Shown: positions 17,327-30,529 of the stretch, piece by piece | How positions within the stretch are numbered: position 1 is the stretch's first letter | Layout: each line of letters starts with the position of its first letter | Source: the human T2T-CHM13v2.0 reference genome, Homo sapiens | Reading direction: 5' to 3' (one strand) | DNA length: 64,000 bases | Assembly (NCBI RefSeq): GCF_009914755.1 | Contig: NC_060926.1 | The notes under the pieces: generated by a model | What the model was told of the DNA's origin: nothing | What the model saw: only the letters and a program-made list of their open reading frames with translations | Database searches by the model: none | Made by a program: the position numbers and the translations under genes

Positions 17327-18659
17327 TGAAGAAAGAACTGTTATTATCCAGCAACTTACAGTTAAGAAAGTAGAGGCACAGAGAGGGTCTGTGTGGGGAG
17401 AACACGTGCAGCTGATATAGAAAATGGCAGAGCTGGACTTTAACCCGGCTACACCCCTTTAACCAGAGCTGCTACCCTGGGGACGGCGTGCTGGCTTCTA
17501 AAGGAAGCTGCTGCATGGCAAGTGAAGAGTGACTAGTTCTCAGGCTTGGAGGGAGGGGAAAGGACAGGGACAGACCCCCATCAAATGTTCCGTATGCTGG
17601 GGCCTATGCTGGGCACGCCTTGACAGCAGGTGCTGCTGGAGTGCCAGCACCCGGTGCTGTCCCTGGCATGGAAGAGGTGCCCCCTCCCTTAGTTGGTGAG
17701 TGAGTGAATACTCTTGTATAGAGTTACTCTAAGAATTATTCATTTGTGTTCTAAGGGCTGTAAGTTTTTGAAGGTGCATTAATGGGGAAGAAAAAATGTG
17801 CAAGATTGGTTGAAAAACACCCCTCTGCACCCACCCAGATCTTGTTGGGACCTGCAGGAGAGCAGCTCTGGGTGGGAGGGTCTGGGGCTGTTTGCCGTGT
17901 CTCCAAGGGGTTGGGGCTGGGGCTCGGCGGTGTGAGGCCCTGCCCTTCTGGAGCTTGCTGGGGCTTGTCTCCTGGTTACAGCTCTGCCGTGCGATTCAGA
18001 TCCTCTCTGCCTCCTTTGGCTGGACATGCCTCAGCCAGAGTGAGACTGTGGCAGGCTGGAGCTGTTTTCAAGGCCTCCTTCACCTAGGCTGTGCATACAA
18101 AAGGTTGAAGAAAGTATAAGGAGACTTAATGGACGCTTGTTGGACAGACATCACGAAGCTTCATGCCCTGCAGTAAGCTGAAGCTATGAAGTCGAAGGAG
18201 TCATAGTTCCTGTTCTTGGGGCTCTCAGTATAATGGGGTTGGGGTGGGCTGCACAGACAGACTTGGGAACGAGGGAATGTCAGTGTGGCAGAGCTGTAGC
18301 TGCCTCGGAGCAGCACTATGGGACCTTAGGCAGGGCCAGGTGGGCAGGTACACAGTGACAGCAGGGGGATGCTGGGACCAGGTTCTGGGTGGCGACGTGG
18401 CCTTCCACCTTCTCACTCCTTTGCCATATATGCTGCAGCCCGGTGATGTCTGTGGCACGAGTTTTAAAAAACTCAACTAATTGGTGCTCTTCCAGACCAC
18501 AAATGAAGAACTTTAAACTGGGGGTTATAGTGGGAGAATTTGGGGGGGTCCCAGAAAGGACTTAAACCCATTCCATGGTCAGGGCCTTTCAAATGCATTC
18601 ATCCCTCTGTGTGCCTCTGTTCTGCCCCAGCCTTGTAAGAGGGTCCCTGTCATTCTTCT

Positions 18660-18850
18660 AGAGCCAGACAGCCTGATTTCAAATCCTGAATCCATCGCTT
18701 TTCAGATTTGTGATCTTGGTCAAGTAACTGACCTCTGTGAGCCTCAAATTCTCCATCTCTGAAAGTTGGGGAGGGTGCTAGTAGTACCCACCTAAGAGTT
18801 AGGGTGAAGCTGAAATTGATCATCCATATAAATTGCTCAGCACGGGCCCT
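18660..18850 (+). mobile_element. MIR fragment just upstream of IGFBP2 exon 2
   Basis: ttcaaatcctg...tgtgatcttggtcaagtaactgacctctgtgagcctca...catct. Confidence 0.6.
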
Positions 18851-18982
18851 GACAGGCCATCAGCACTCATTAGCCGCGCGTCATCTCCACCCTCATCATC
18901 ATTACGGTCCAGGTGGCTCCCGGAGGGCACGTCTCTCTGGGAAACTGGACCTGGAGCTTTTCTTCCCTTCCTCTCTTGGCAG

Positions 18983-19212
18983 ACAATGGCGATGACCACT
19001 CAGAAGGAGGCCTGGTGGAGAACCACGTGGACAGCACCATGAACATGTTGGGCGGGGGAGGCAGTGCTGGCCGGAAGCCCCTCAAGTCGGGTATGAAGGA
19101 GCTGGCCGTGTTCCGGGAGAAGGTCACTGAGCAGCACCGGCAGATGGGCAAGGGTGGCAAGCATCACCTTGGCCTGGAGGAGCCCAAGAAGCTGCGACCA
19201 CCCCCTGCCAGG
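18983..19212 (+). CDS. IGFBP2: IGFBP2 exon 2 (linker domain with heparin-binding/NLS segment [15 protein letters not shown])
   Basis: Acceptor ctctcttggcag| at 18982 and donor |gtcagt at 19213; 230 nt, phase 1 to 0. Translation (D)[76 protein letters not shown] is recognisable IGFBP-2. Confidence 0.98.
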
Positions 19213-19526
19213 GTCAGTGAGGGTCAGGTCTGGTGGAAGGGGTGGGAGGACAAGGAAAGTGGGGTCTCAGCTGGAGGAGGGCATCCTAATAAGACCCTCA
19301 TCTGGTGTGACCTGTAGGCAAAGCACTTTTCTTTCCACAAACATAGTTGTGGAACATAGTTAGTGACCTTTGGGGCAGTCAGTATCTCTGGCTGTGAAAT
19401 AGACTGGACATGTGGTTTCTTGATGTTCTTTCCTTCTAAAACCTTCACATTTCTGTATGGTTTTGGAACATAGACACAGAAAATGAATCCCAGAGATGAA
19501 GACAGAGTCCCTGAAACTTGCTTACT

Positions 19527-19829
19527 CTTTTTTTTTTCCTCCCCCTGAGATGGGGTCTCACTCTGTTGCCCAGGCTGGAGTGTAATGGTGCCATCACACC
19601 TCACTGCTGCCTCCAACTCCTGGGCTCAAGTGATCCTCCTTCCTCAGCCTCCTGAACAGCTGGGACTATAGGCATGCACCACCACACCTGGCCAGTTTTG
19701 TATTTTTTGGTGGAAATGTGGGTCTCACTATGTTGTCCAGGCTGGTCTCAAACTCCTGGACTCAAGCAATCCTCCCACCTCGGCCTCCCGAAGCGCTGGG
19801 ATTACAGGCGCCAGCCACTGCGCCTGGCC
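19527..19829 (-). mobile_element. AluJ
   Basis: gggctcaagtgatcctcc and ctcactatgttg diagnostics; ctgaaact on both flanks. Confidence 0.9.
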
Positions 19830-20148
19830 TGAAACTCAGTCTTGTTGCCATATGCTTCTCTCACTGAGCTACCCCTCCCCTCTTTCCTGCCCAGCTCTGC
19901 CATCTTGGGTCCTGGCCCTGGTTGGTTTTATGGAAAGAAGTGGAGCTTGGGCATGGGGTGGGGGCATGGAGACTCGAGACGGCCACTTAGATGGATATTT
20001 GGAGGCAGAGCCCATTCTGACACATGAAAGCCACGGTCACAGAACAAGGAGAGGAGTGAACATTCCCATCCATACAATTTTCTTTAGGGGCTGGGGTTGG
20101 GCACCCAGCATGGCAGGGAGATCCCCGGGCAGGCTGTCAGAAGTCCCT

Positions 20149-20164
20149 GTGCCCCCTGCTGGCT
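20149..20164 (-). promoter_or_regulatory. Candidate CTCF motif (reverse orientation) in IGFBP2 intron 2
   Basis: Minus strand reads AGCCAGCAGGGGGCAC, a full match to the CCASYAGRKGGCRS core; binding not demonstrable from sequence. Confidence 0.5.
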
Positions 20165-20283
20165 GTGTGACCATGGGAAAGTCCCCTCCCTGTGCAGCAG
20201 CTTCTCGCTGAGCTTGCGTCTGGCGCGTGCTTCGTGGGCCTGCTGTCCTCACTCCGGGCGTCCCCTGCTGTCTGTGCGTGCAG

Positions 20284-20424
20284 ACTCCCTGCCAACAGGA
20301 ACTGGACCAGGTCCTGGAGCGGATCTCCACCATGCGCCTTCCGGATGAGCGGGGCCCTCTGGAGCACCTCTACTCCCTGCACATCCCCAACTGTGACAAG
20401 CATGGCCTGTACAACCTCAAACAG
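20284..20424 (+). CDS. IGFBP2: IGFBP2 exon 3 (start of thyroglobulin type-1 C-domain)
   Basis: cag| at 20283 and |gtgagc at 20425; 141 nt; encodes [47 protein letters not shown]. Confidence 0.98.
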
Positions 20425-21098
20425 GTGAGCATGGTGCCAGCCTGGGCCAGAGCAGCTCCTCCTCAGCCCTGGGCCCCAGATGTGCCTTGTTTCTGCCCCA
20501 CCCGCCTATGATCCTCTGAGGTCTGAGCTGAGTGAGAGACTCAGACTCCTGTCACCATGGGGATTGGGATGCCAGCTGCCAGGCCGGGGAGGGTGCAGCT
20601 CTTCTCCCTGCCTCCGACGGGTCAGTTGCTGGCTCCACTTGCCCAGCTGCCCACCGGCCTCACTTGGAGTCCAGGTTGGGAGGAGGCTCTTGGAGAAGGG
20701 AAGTGGCTTAAACCAAGCATCTTTGCTTTGATCGGACATTGACATCACCTGGAGCTCTTCCTGGGCCCGCCCCCAAATTGCCATGTGGTAGGTCAGGTTT
20801 ACAGCTCTAACAAGCCTCAGGTGAGGCTCATAATCTGTGAGCCACACTCCCACCATCATTGATTTCAACCACTGGCCGAGTTGTCTTCATGGTTTCGAAG
20901 TATCTCAGGGAATGAAGAGTCAGGCATGGAGAAATGCCGTTGGAAAGATTCTGAAAAGCCATCTAGAACACCATTGTAAATACATTGGAGAAAATGAAGT
21001 TTAAGTAAACCACTCAGGAGCCCTTCTCCCTCCTCTATCCACCTTCTGTTCATATGCATTTTAACAGTCACTGTGCATATGCAATATTTTCCCTGTAA

Positions 21099-21440
<342 letters not shown>

Positions 21441-21744
21441 TAATGGCAGTCTGGGCTGACCTAAAGTGTGGATGTGTGAAGCCAGGAGATGGGAACAGGG
21501 CTCTGCTGATGGCTTAGGGGTCTCACCTCTCCACCCCCTTCACCCAGGCACCTTGACCCTCTAAATATTAGTTTAGTATTAAAAGCTATTTGTGTACATG
21601 CCCTCTAAATGTAAGCTGGCTAACTCCATTTGGAGCTCAGAAGAAAAAGTCTCGATCACTTCTCATGGGAAACAGGCTGTCTGCTGCACCTTTGGGTAAC
21701 TAAAGTGATTTGCAGGAGTAGTTAGCTTATGCATAAAACAGAGA

Positions 21745-21965
21745 CCTTGGAGTGGGAATGCCTGGCTTCCATCTCAGCTGTGCTTCTTACCAGCTGTGTG
21801 ACCTTGGGCAAGTTGCTTAGCCCATCTGTGCTTCAGTTTTATCATCTGTAAACCAGGGATAATAATGGCATCTAATTCACAAAGTGGTTGTGAGGATTAA
21901 ATGACTATATTTGTTAGAAACTGAACTAGCAGTGTGTCTTGCACACACAGTGCCTGGCACACACT
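21745..21965 (+). mobile_element. MIR
   Basis: gctgtgtgaccttgggcaagttgctt...cagttttatcatctgtaaa...ggttgtgaggattaaatga...acagtgcctggcaca. Confidence 0.75.
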
Positions 21966-22109
21966 GATTTTGATTGCAACATGAGGTTTTACACCTGACG
22001 CTATGACTAAGCTTCAGTATGCTGGGTCCCCCCCACTGGATGGGACCTCTTTGAGGCTGGGGACTGAGTCTTTTCATCTTCGGGTGTCCTGAATGGCCTT
22101 GCTAATCAG

Positions 22110-22250
22110 AGGGGTCCCTGGGCGGGCAGCATCAGCATCACGTTGGAGCTCGCTAGCGATGCAGAATTTCCAGCTCTCCAGGGACCTACTGCATGGGAAT
22201 CTGCATTTTATCAAGGTTTCCTGGCGCATATTTGAAGTTGCGAAGCTCCA
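22110..22250. mobile_element. MER5-like hAT fragment
   Basis: gcagcatcagcatcac...tgcagaat...gacctactg...aatctgcattttatcaag resembles MER5A. Confidence 0.6.
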
Positions 22251-22364
22251 CCCGGCAGCGCATGGGTAGCTGCAAGGGGTGGCTGCTCAGTGGACGCCGG
22301 GTTGAGGGACAGAAGGAAAGTTGCTGGCTGCGGGCTCCTCCATGCTCTTCTCCTCTCTCCCCAG

Positions 22365-22529
22365 TGCAAGATGTCTCTGAACGGGCAGCGTGGGGAGTGC
22401 TGGTGTGTGAACCCCAACACCGGGAAGCTGATCCAGGGAGCCCCCACCATCCGGGGGGACCCCGAGTGTCATCTCTTCTACAATGAGCAGCAGGAGGCTC
22501 GCGGGGTGCACACCCAGCGGATGCAGTAG
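22365..22529 (+). CDS. IGFBP2: IGFBP2 exon 4 coding part (CWCV motif; RGD at 22452-22460)
   Basis: Polypyrimidine tract and cag| at 22364; encodes [54 protein letters not shown]; TAG at 22527-22529. Confidence 0.98.
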   Translation, partial: CKMSLNGQRGECWCVNPNTGKLIQGAPTIRGDPECHLFYNEQQEARGVHTQRMQ

Positions 22530-22862
22530 ACCGCAGCCAGCCGGTGCCTGGCGCCCCTGCCCCCCGCCCCTCTCCAAACACCGGCAGAAAACGGAGAGTG
22601 CTTGGGTGGTGGGTGCTGGAGGATTTTCCAGTTCTGACACACGTATTTATATTTGGAAAGAGACCAGCACCGAGCTCGGCACCTCCCCGGCCTCTCTCTT
22701 CCCAGCTGCAGATGCCACACCTGCTCCTTCTTGCTTTCCCCGGGGGAGGAAGGGGGTTGTGGTCGGGGAGCTGGGGTACAGGTTTGGGGAGGGGGAAGAG
22801 AAATTTTTATTTTTGAACCCCTGTGTCCCTTTTGCATAAGATTAAAGGAAGGAAAAGTAAAG
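22530..22862 (+). other. IGFBP2: IGFBP2 3' UTR (end approximate)
   Basis: Runs from the stop codon to just past ATTAAA (22841-22846); GT/T-rich element follows. Confidence 0.85.
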
Positions 22863-22880
22863 TGTGTGTCTTTTGCCTGA
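22841..22880 (+). terminator. IGFBP2: IGFBP2 poly(A) signal ATTAAA with downstream GU-rich element
   Basis: ATTAAA 22841-22846, variant AGTAAA 22856-22861, then gtgtgtgtcttttg. Confidence 0.8.
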
Positions 22881-25801
22881 GTCTTTGGGGTCTTCCAGGG
22901 AGAGATGCAGAGCCTGGCCTAGGTTGGCCTACCCGCCATCATCCAGCTTTGCCCCTGGCTCCTAGGAAAATGGGAAAGGCCGTTTCCGTTTCCCATTCAT
23001 GAAATGGCAATAAGAAGGAATGGGAACCTCCTGAATCCAGATCAAACCCTCCAGTGCAGCCCCAGGACTCCCAGGTGAGGCTTCTGCCCCCATGTGGCCC
23101 CTGCCTGGCGCTGTACAGGGGCAGGATGAGTCACGGGCTGGGGATGGGGAGATGTGGAGCGTGGGTCCGGCTTCCTCCCTCGCACATTCAGATAACACTG
23201 CAGTGGGAGATAAGGAACAGGAAACGTTGGGATTGGGGTTGTCTGGCCCCTGAAATAAAGGAGGCTCCCTCCTGCCCAGGGTGAGACATTTCCACTCAGC
23301 CCCCAAAGAAAGGGAGTAGGGCTGTGGTTAACTGGCTTATTCATAAGGATGACACCACTGAGAATTCAGATGCTGCTCTCTAAGGGGCCCAAGGGATTTG
23401 GTGTCCAGACCAGCAAATATCAATTGAAACAAAGGGCTATGAGTGTGTCAAGGTGTGCAGGCTGAGGGACTGTGGAAGGAGGCACAGAATGTGGCCTTTC
23501 TTAGCAGAGTTCCACATCAGAGCTCACCTACATCTGCCATTCTGTTCTGCTGGCCTCTCAACTCCAGTGAATTCCAGGGGGCTTATGCACCCCGACCCCT
23601 GCCTTTGCAATGGGCCATGGGGGGAGAAAGCTCACCATTTGAGGCCCACAGTCCCTGCCCCCCTAACCTTCCTCGGTACGTGGCCCAGGGCCTGGCCTCT
23701 CCTGTCACTCCCCTCTCCTGTGGCTGGAGTCTGATCCCTTCCCACAGAGGAGGGGCTCCCTAGGGGCCTGGCCCAATCCACTACCTTCCAGACCTTCCAT
23801 CTGGTGAGTGTAGGGAGGCGGAGGGATGGCGGGCCCTTTACCAGGTGTGACATAAGTGTAGCTGGAATGCAAGACAGCTTTTGGAAATGGCACAAGATGA
23901 GCTTTCTTGGAGTGCAGGAAAACCAGATCCCCAAGAATAGATGGAGCCATGCCAGGAGGGTGTGTTCTAGGCTGCACCGGGCCAAGGCCAGCACTTGGCC
24001 ACAGCCCCAAAAGTATTCATTCAGCGGATCCTTGTGCATCCGTGAAACAGGCACTATTGTTAGTTACACTTTACAGATGAGGAAAAGTGTAACTAGAAGT
24101 GCCCAAACTCTCCTGCCCTGGGTCTGGGGACCCCTAACTCCAGCGTGTGGCAGCCACCCACCCCTGAGTTATACTGGCCCCGTGGATGGAAGCAGGTGAG
24201 ACGCTTGGAGAGGGCCTAGAGGGCTCTGGGCACTGGATGGACCTGGAGCTTGAAGCTCAGCAGTCCCTGCATGGGGTCTGATTGTCTTTCATTCGGCGCA
24301 TGCGTGCTGCAGCTGGCCCTTCCCCCTGCCCTCTGAGTTGCTGCAAAGAGCAGTCAGCCCCGGGGCTGCTGTCCCCAGGTGGAGCTGCTATCCCTGGGTG
24401 GAGCAGCCCGTGCCTGCCCTCCTGGGAAGCCTGGTGTTTCTCAACCTCGGTGAACATTTGACTCGACGGCGGCACTTAAAACAAAAACTGATGCCAGTAC
24501 CTCAGCTTCAGACATTCTGATGTAACTGGTTTGCCATGGAGCCCAGGCAGGGTCTTTTTCCTTTCTTAGGTTCCATGGTGATTGTGAACCAGGGAGGGAT
24601 AAGGCAAGAAAAAGGCCGGAGTCAGGACACCTGGGCTTGGATCCTTTCCCACCACTTCGTTTTCCATTGCCTGGGGCTATGCTGTCCACCTTCTCTGAGC
24701 CTGTTTTCCTCATCTGTCTATTGGGGATGTTATCAGCCTCAAATAGCAGGGTGGTATTAGTGTGAGACTAGATGTGAAGGTGCTTTGAAAACTAGGACTG
24801 TATAAAACGGGAGGGGTTACTATGGGGCCATTGTTGGGTCAGGTGTTTGCCAGACCTCACGCCCCAGGGCTGCCACCTTGTCCATTCTTTGAACTTTTCC
24901 AGAGGGCTTCTGAGGATGCCACAATCTCCTTGCCCATTTCCCCTCCATTACCCTTAGTGCTCTTGTACCCAACCCTCTGAAGAGGTAGCTTTTATGGGTG
25001 AGTGGGTGAGCAGCACCTCCGCTGTGGCTCTAGCTGCAGGAACCACACTCACTGATGTGCAGTGCAACCTAGAAACCTTTGCCGAGAGGAAGCATCATTG
25101 CATCCACGTGGGAAGATGGCTGGCTGGGCAGGGATCTTGAAGATGTCAAGCACATCTCTCACCTGGAACTAACTGTGCCTCTTTGAACGTTAAGCAAACA
25201 CCGGGGCTATACTGCCACTGTGTGGCAGCATGCAGAACTGCAGCTGAGCCTACATCGGGCCCTTGGAGAGTCTGTTGCATTGAAGAGGAGTGGTCCAGAA
25301 GGAGTCAGCTGGAGACGTTGTTACCACTGGCCCTATCCCAGATCCCCTGAGTTAGAAGCTCGGGGAGGGGCCTGGGAGTCTGCATTGAAACTTGCTTCCT
25401 GTGTGGTTCTTATGGAGGACTGGTTGACTTCATTTATAGGATCCAGGGCAAAATAAAAATATGGAGTCCCTTATTCAGAAATTATTAAGAATGTCAAGAC
25501 AGAAATAGCAGAACATTAAACTAAGTGTCAGCCTTGTATGACTGCATGGGTCATGCCCACGGGGCTATCCCTCTTCTTATGCTCTCTACATTTGGACAGT
25601 CACCACTGTCATCCCTGAATCTGTTTGATGTGTCTTGAATACTAACTACATAATAAGATGTGGTGGTTAAAAGCGTAACCATGGAGGTGAGGTAGTCTTT
25701 GAACAGAATCAGACTCTTGAGTTATGTGCCTTTGGACATATTTCTAACCTCTGTGAATCTCATTTACTTCCTCTTTAAATATTGGGATAGTTTCTATCTT
25801 A

Positions 25802-26201
<400 letters not shown>

Positions 26202-26547
26202 CTATGAAGATGATGAAGATGAAGAAGATTACAGCCTTTGTCCTGAAGGGCTGAGATTCTTGTGGAAGGAAACAGCCCCGACACCCAAAGATGGCCCTCC
26301 ATGGATGGCGGTACCCCTCCAGTAGGGGATGTTGGGCAAGTTAGGAGAAATAGTTAAGTCTGGTGTCAGGGAAGGTGTCTCAGAGAGGGTGAAGGCAGAG
26401 TTGGAAGGAAGAAGCTGAGATTGGGGAGAGGAGCGGGAGGATGTACGTGCCTCATGCATGCATGTATGTGCAGGTGCGGGTGTTGGGGGCTGGGGTTCAG
26501 ACAGAGGGAGCAGCATGCGCAGAGACTTTATCTTATTTTTATGTCTG

Positions 26548-27610
<1,063 letters not shown>

Positions 27611-30529
27611 TCAGGACTGAGGCCGGGGGTTGGGCTTGGACAGCTGGGTGGATGCAGTGCCATTCTCTGAGACAGCAAACAGGAGGAGGAGGAGGAATGG
27701 GGAATAAGAGGAGGGGGCTAAAGAAGGATTAAGAGAAGGAAGAGGGATGGCTTAGTGGGGAAGATGATGAGTTCAAATTGTGTTGTTATTGAACTTGTAC
27801 TTTGTAAAGCATTAGATAAAATCATAAGAGAGGCCAAGAGCCTGAGCTTACAGGATGAGTTCAACGTGGAACACATTGTATTTGAGTTGCTTGAGGGACA
27901 CTGGGTGGAGAAGACATCCCTGACTTTCCCTCATTCTCATCCTGATGTCAATTCTTGAGCAAGGTCCATCAGTTCTGTCTGCAGGCCGCGGTTCCTCTCT
28001 ATTCCGTCCTCCCCATTTCCTCTGTCACCAACACAGAGGGAGATGGGATGGTTGATGCGTGGGGGGCCGACAAGCAGGTGGGGAGCGTGCAGGAAGGGGC
28101 TGTTTTGGGAACAGAGGAGGACTGGCAGGGGAGGAGACAAGAGTGTGGCGGGCGGTTTTGTGGATAGCTTTGTAGGGGTTGGGATGGGGAGATGGGAAGG
28201 TTCTCACCTGCTGGCCTTGGTTTTCTCTGATAGGGAGAAGGTAAGGGTGTTTGCTAGGAGTGAGGGAAGGTGGTACCATGCATTGGAGAAATGAGGGTAA
28301 TGTGGGGGAAATAATCCGATTAGGGGCCCCTAATAAGTTTCCCAGGCAGGATGTGGGGCCCTCGGAGCCTGGGGATTCTGGTGTGATGTCAGCTCACTCA
28401 ATAGTGGCACTTTTCCCTGTGGGGCTCAGCAGTGCCATGCAGGAGGGACAGTGCTGACTGGACAGGGCTGAGGTGCTGCAGGGCAGGGGAGCCCCAGACA
28501 AGCTGATGCCAAGCATGGAGCTATGGGCTTCGGTCTCCTTAGGCAAAGCATCAGAGCCAGAGAGGGCTGATGGATTGAAAACTCAAGCGGGGTGAGCAAA
28601 GGCTCTCTGTCGTAAAATCGTCTCTGCTCTCTTGCCTCATTCTTCTCACTCTCATAGTAGACTACGATTAGAGTGGGAGAGTGGGGTTTTCAGATTTTAG
28701 ATGTGGAATCTTGGGGGTCCCATGGCTCAGAGTGTGGCTTAAGTGGATGGAGGGGAAGGCAGATGGTGTGTGGCAGAGCTTGGACCAGCAGCATACCACT
28801 GGGGAGAGGGTGGGAGACACAGTTTCTGGGCTGCTGAACCGCGGGGACCCCAGGGGAATGGTGCTATCGCTAAGGGGCTGTATGGGTTGTCCCACTGAGC
28901 ACGGGCAGTACAGGGTGGTGGGGAGACAGGAGTGGAGTAGTCCGTCCAGAGCCGGAATCATCGGTGGTCACGGGCTGTGAGCAGGGATTCACAGATGTGG
29001 GTTATATGGGTCGGAGGAGATGAAAGGGGAGGAAAGGACCACAGTGGTGGGGGATACAGTTGTGTGGGGGGCGGGCGTGAGAGCCTCTGGGGAGGAGCAC
29101 TGGGGAGAAGGATCCCAGCTGGCACCTGCTCCAGGCAGTGTGCCTGCAATGGTAGGGTGAGCAGCTTCCCCCGGATAAGCCAGGAGACACTCTGGGGGCA
29201 GGAGGTGCCACGTGGGAGGCCTTCCCGTAGTTCCTTTTCCTGTCCCCCGACTTGAGGCACCTCTGGAAAGGAAAGCAGAGAAGGTGCCTTTTCCCTCTGT
29301 GCACCTCCTAATGCATCCTCCACCTCCTCCTCCTCTACCTCCACTGCTGGGCCCCGGTAGCCTGAGAGAGCCATGTGGGAGCCTCCCTGGCTACCCAGGT
29401 GACTGCAGGGCAGGCTGAGTGACAGGCATCCGAATCCTGTGCTCTTTGGCTGGATAGATTACTCTGTGAACTTGAGGGACCTGGTGCTCACAGGTGTCAG
29501 GGAAGCGGCTCAGCCACCCCAGAAGGAGGTGTGCCTGGTGACGAATCAGGCCATCGGCAAGGCAGGGACGCCCCAGTGACTCCTCTTGCCCCGTGACTAG
29601 GACAGGACGGGACACATGGCTTCCTGGTGGCCTCAGCCATTGAGCTGAGCAGAGTGAGGATGCCACCGCTTCTGTCTCCCTGCTCTGCTCCTGGGCCTGA
29701 GACTCTGGGGTGTGCGGTCAGTGGGGTGCCTAAGGGGCAGTGTGCTGTGCAGCTCTGTGAAACACAGGAGGGGCCGTAGGGGAAGAGCCTGGGGACGAAG
29801 GGGCCTAGGAGGGAGGAAAGCAACACAGTGAGGCGGCAGAAGGTCGGAGGGTGTAAGAACTGTGCTCTTCAGTGCCCAGGGGTTGACATCAGGGGTGCCA
29901 TCTTGGGTTTTCCTCTTCACTGGGCACAGACAGCGGTGGAGGTTGGGTAGGAACCAGAGGGAGACTTTATCTTGGCCAGAGGTTCCCAGGAGTTATGAGC
30001 TTACAAGGCAGTGGGAGGAGGGAATAAGGAACATTCTAGAAATGGCTTCCTTAAAATCTTCTCCAAGGAGCAGAAACTTCTCATTTGTCTAAGGGTGGAT
30101 GAAGGCCACTTTACTTCATAGCAAGGGCTGAGATGAAAAGATGGTAATAATCATTAATAGAACAGTAGGGGAACAGGTGCTGAATATTCCCAGTTCTCAG
30201 GGCTTTGGGGACATTAACTGGTTGAATCCTCACAGCAGCTCCATGAGGTTTTACCCACAAGGAAATGGAGGCCTGAGGAGGTTATGTAGGTTGCCTTGGG
30301 TTCCACGACTGTGGTGGCTTTCCAACAGATGGGGAAGGGGCCGCTGGAGCTCCAGTGGGAGTGCTTGTCTTGGGGGATGAGGGGTTCTCTCTGGACCATG
30401 TGGCCGCTCAGCCCTGATCCCACCGGGGGCCTTTCTCCATCCCCTCTCGGCTGTGGCCTGAGGAGAATCAGGGACTTGCCTCTCCCTCTGCCTGCCTTCC
30501 CTGAGCCCTCGGAGGAAGCCGACGCAGGC

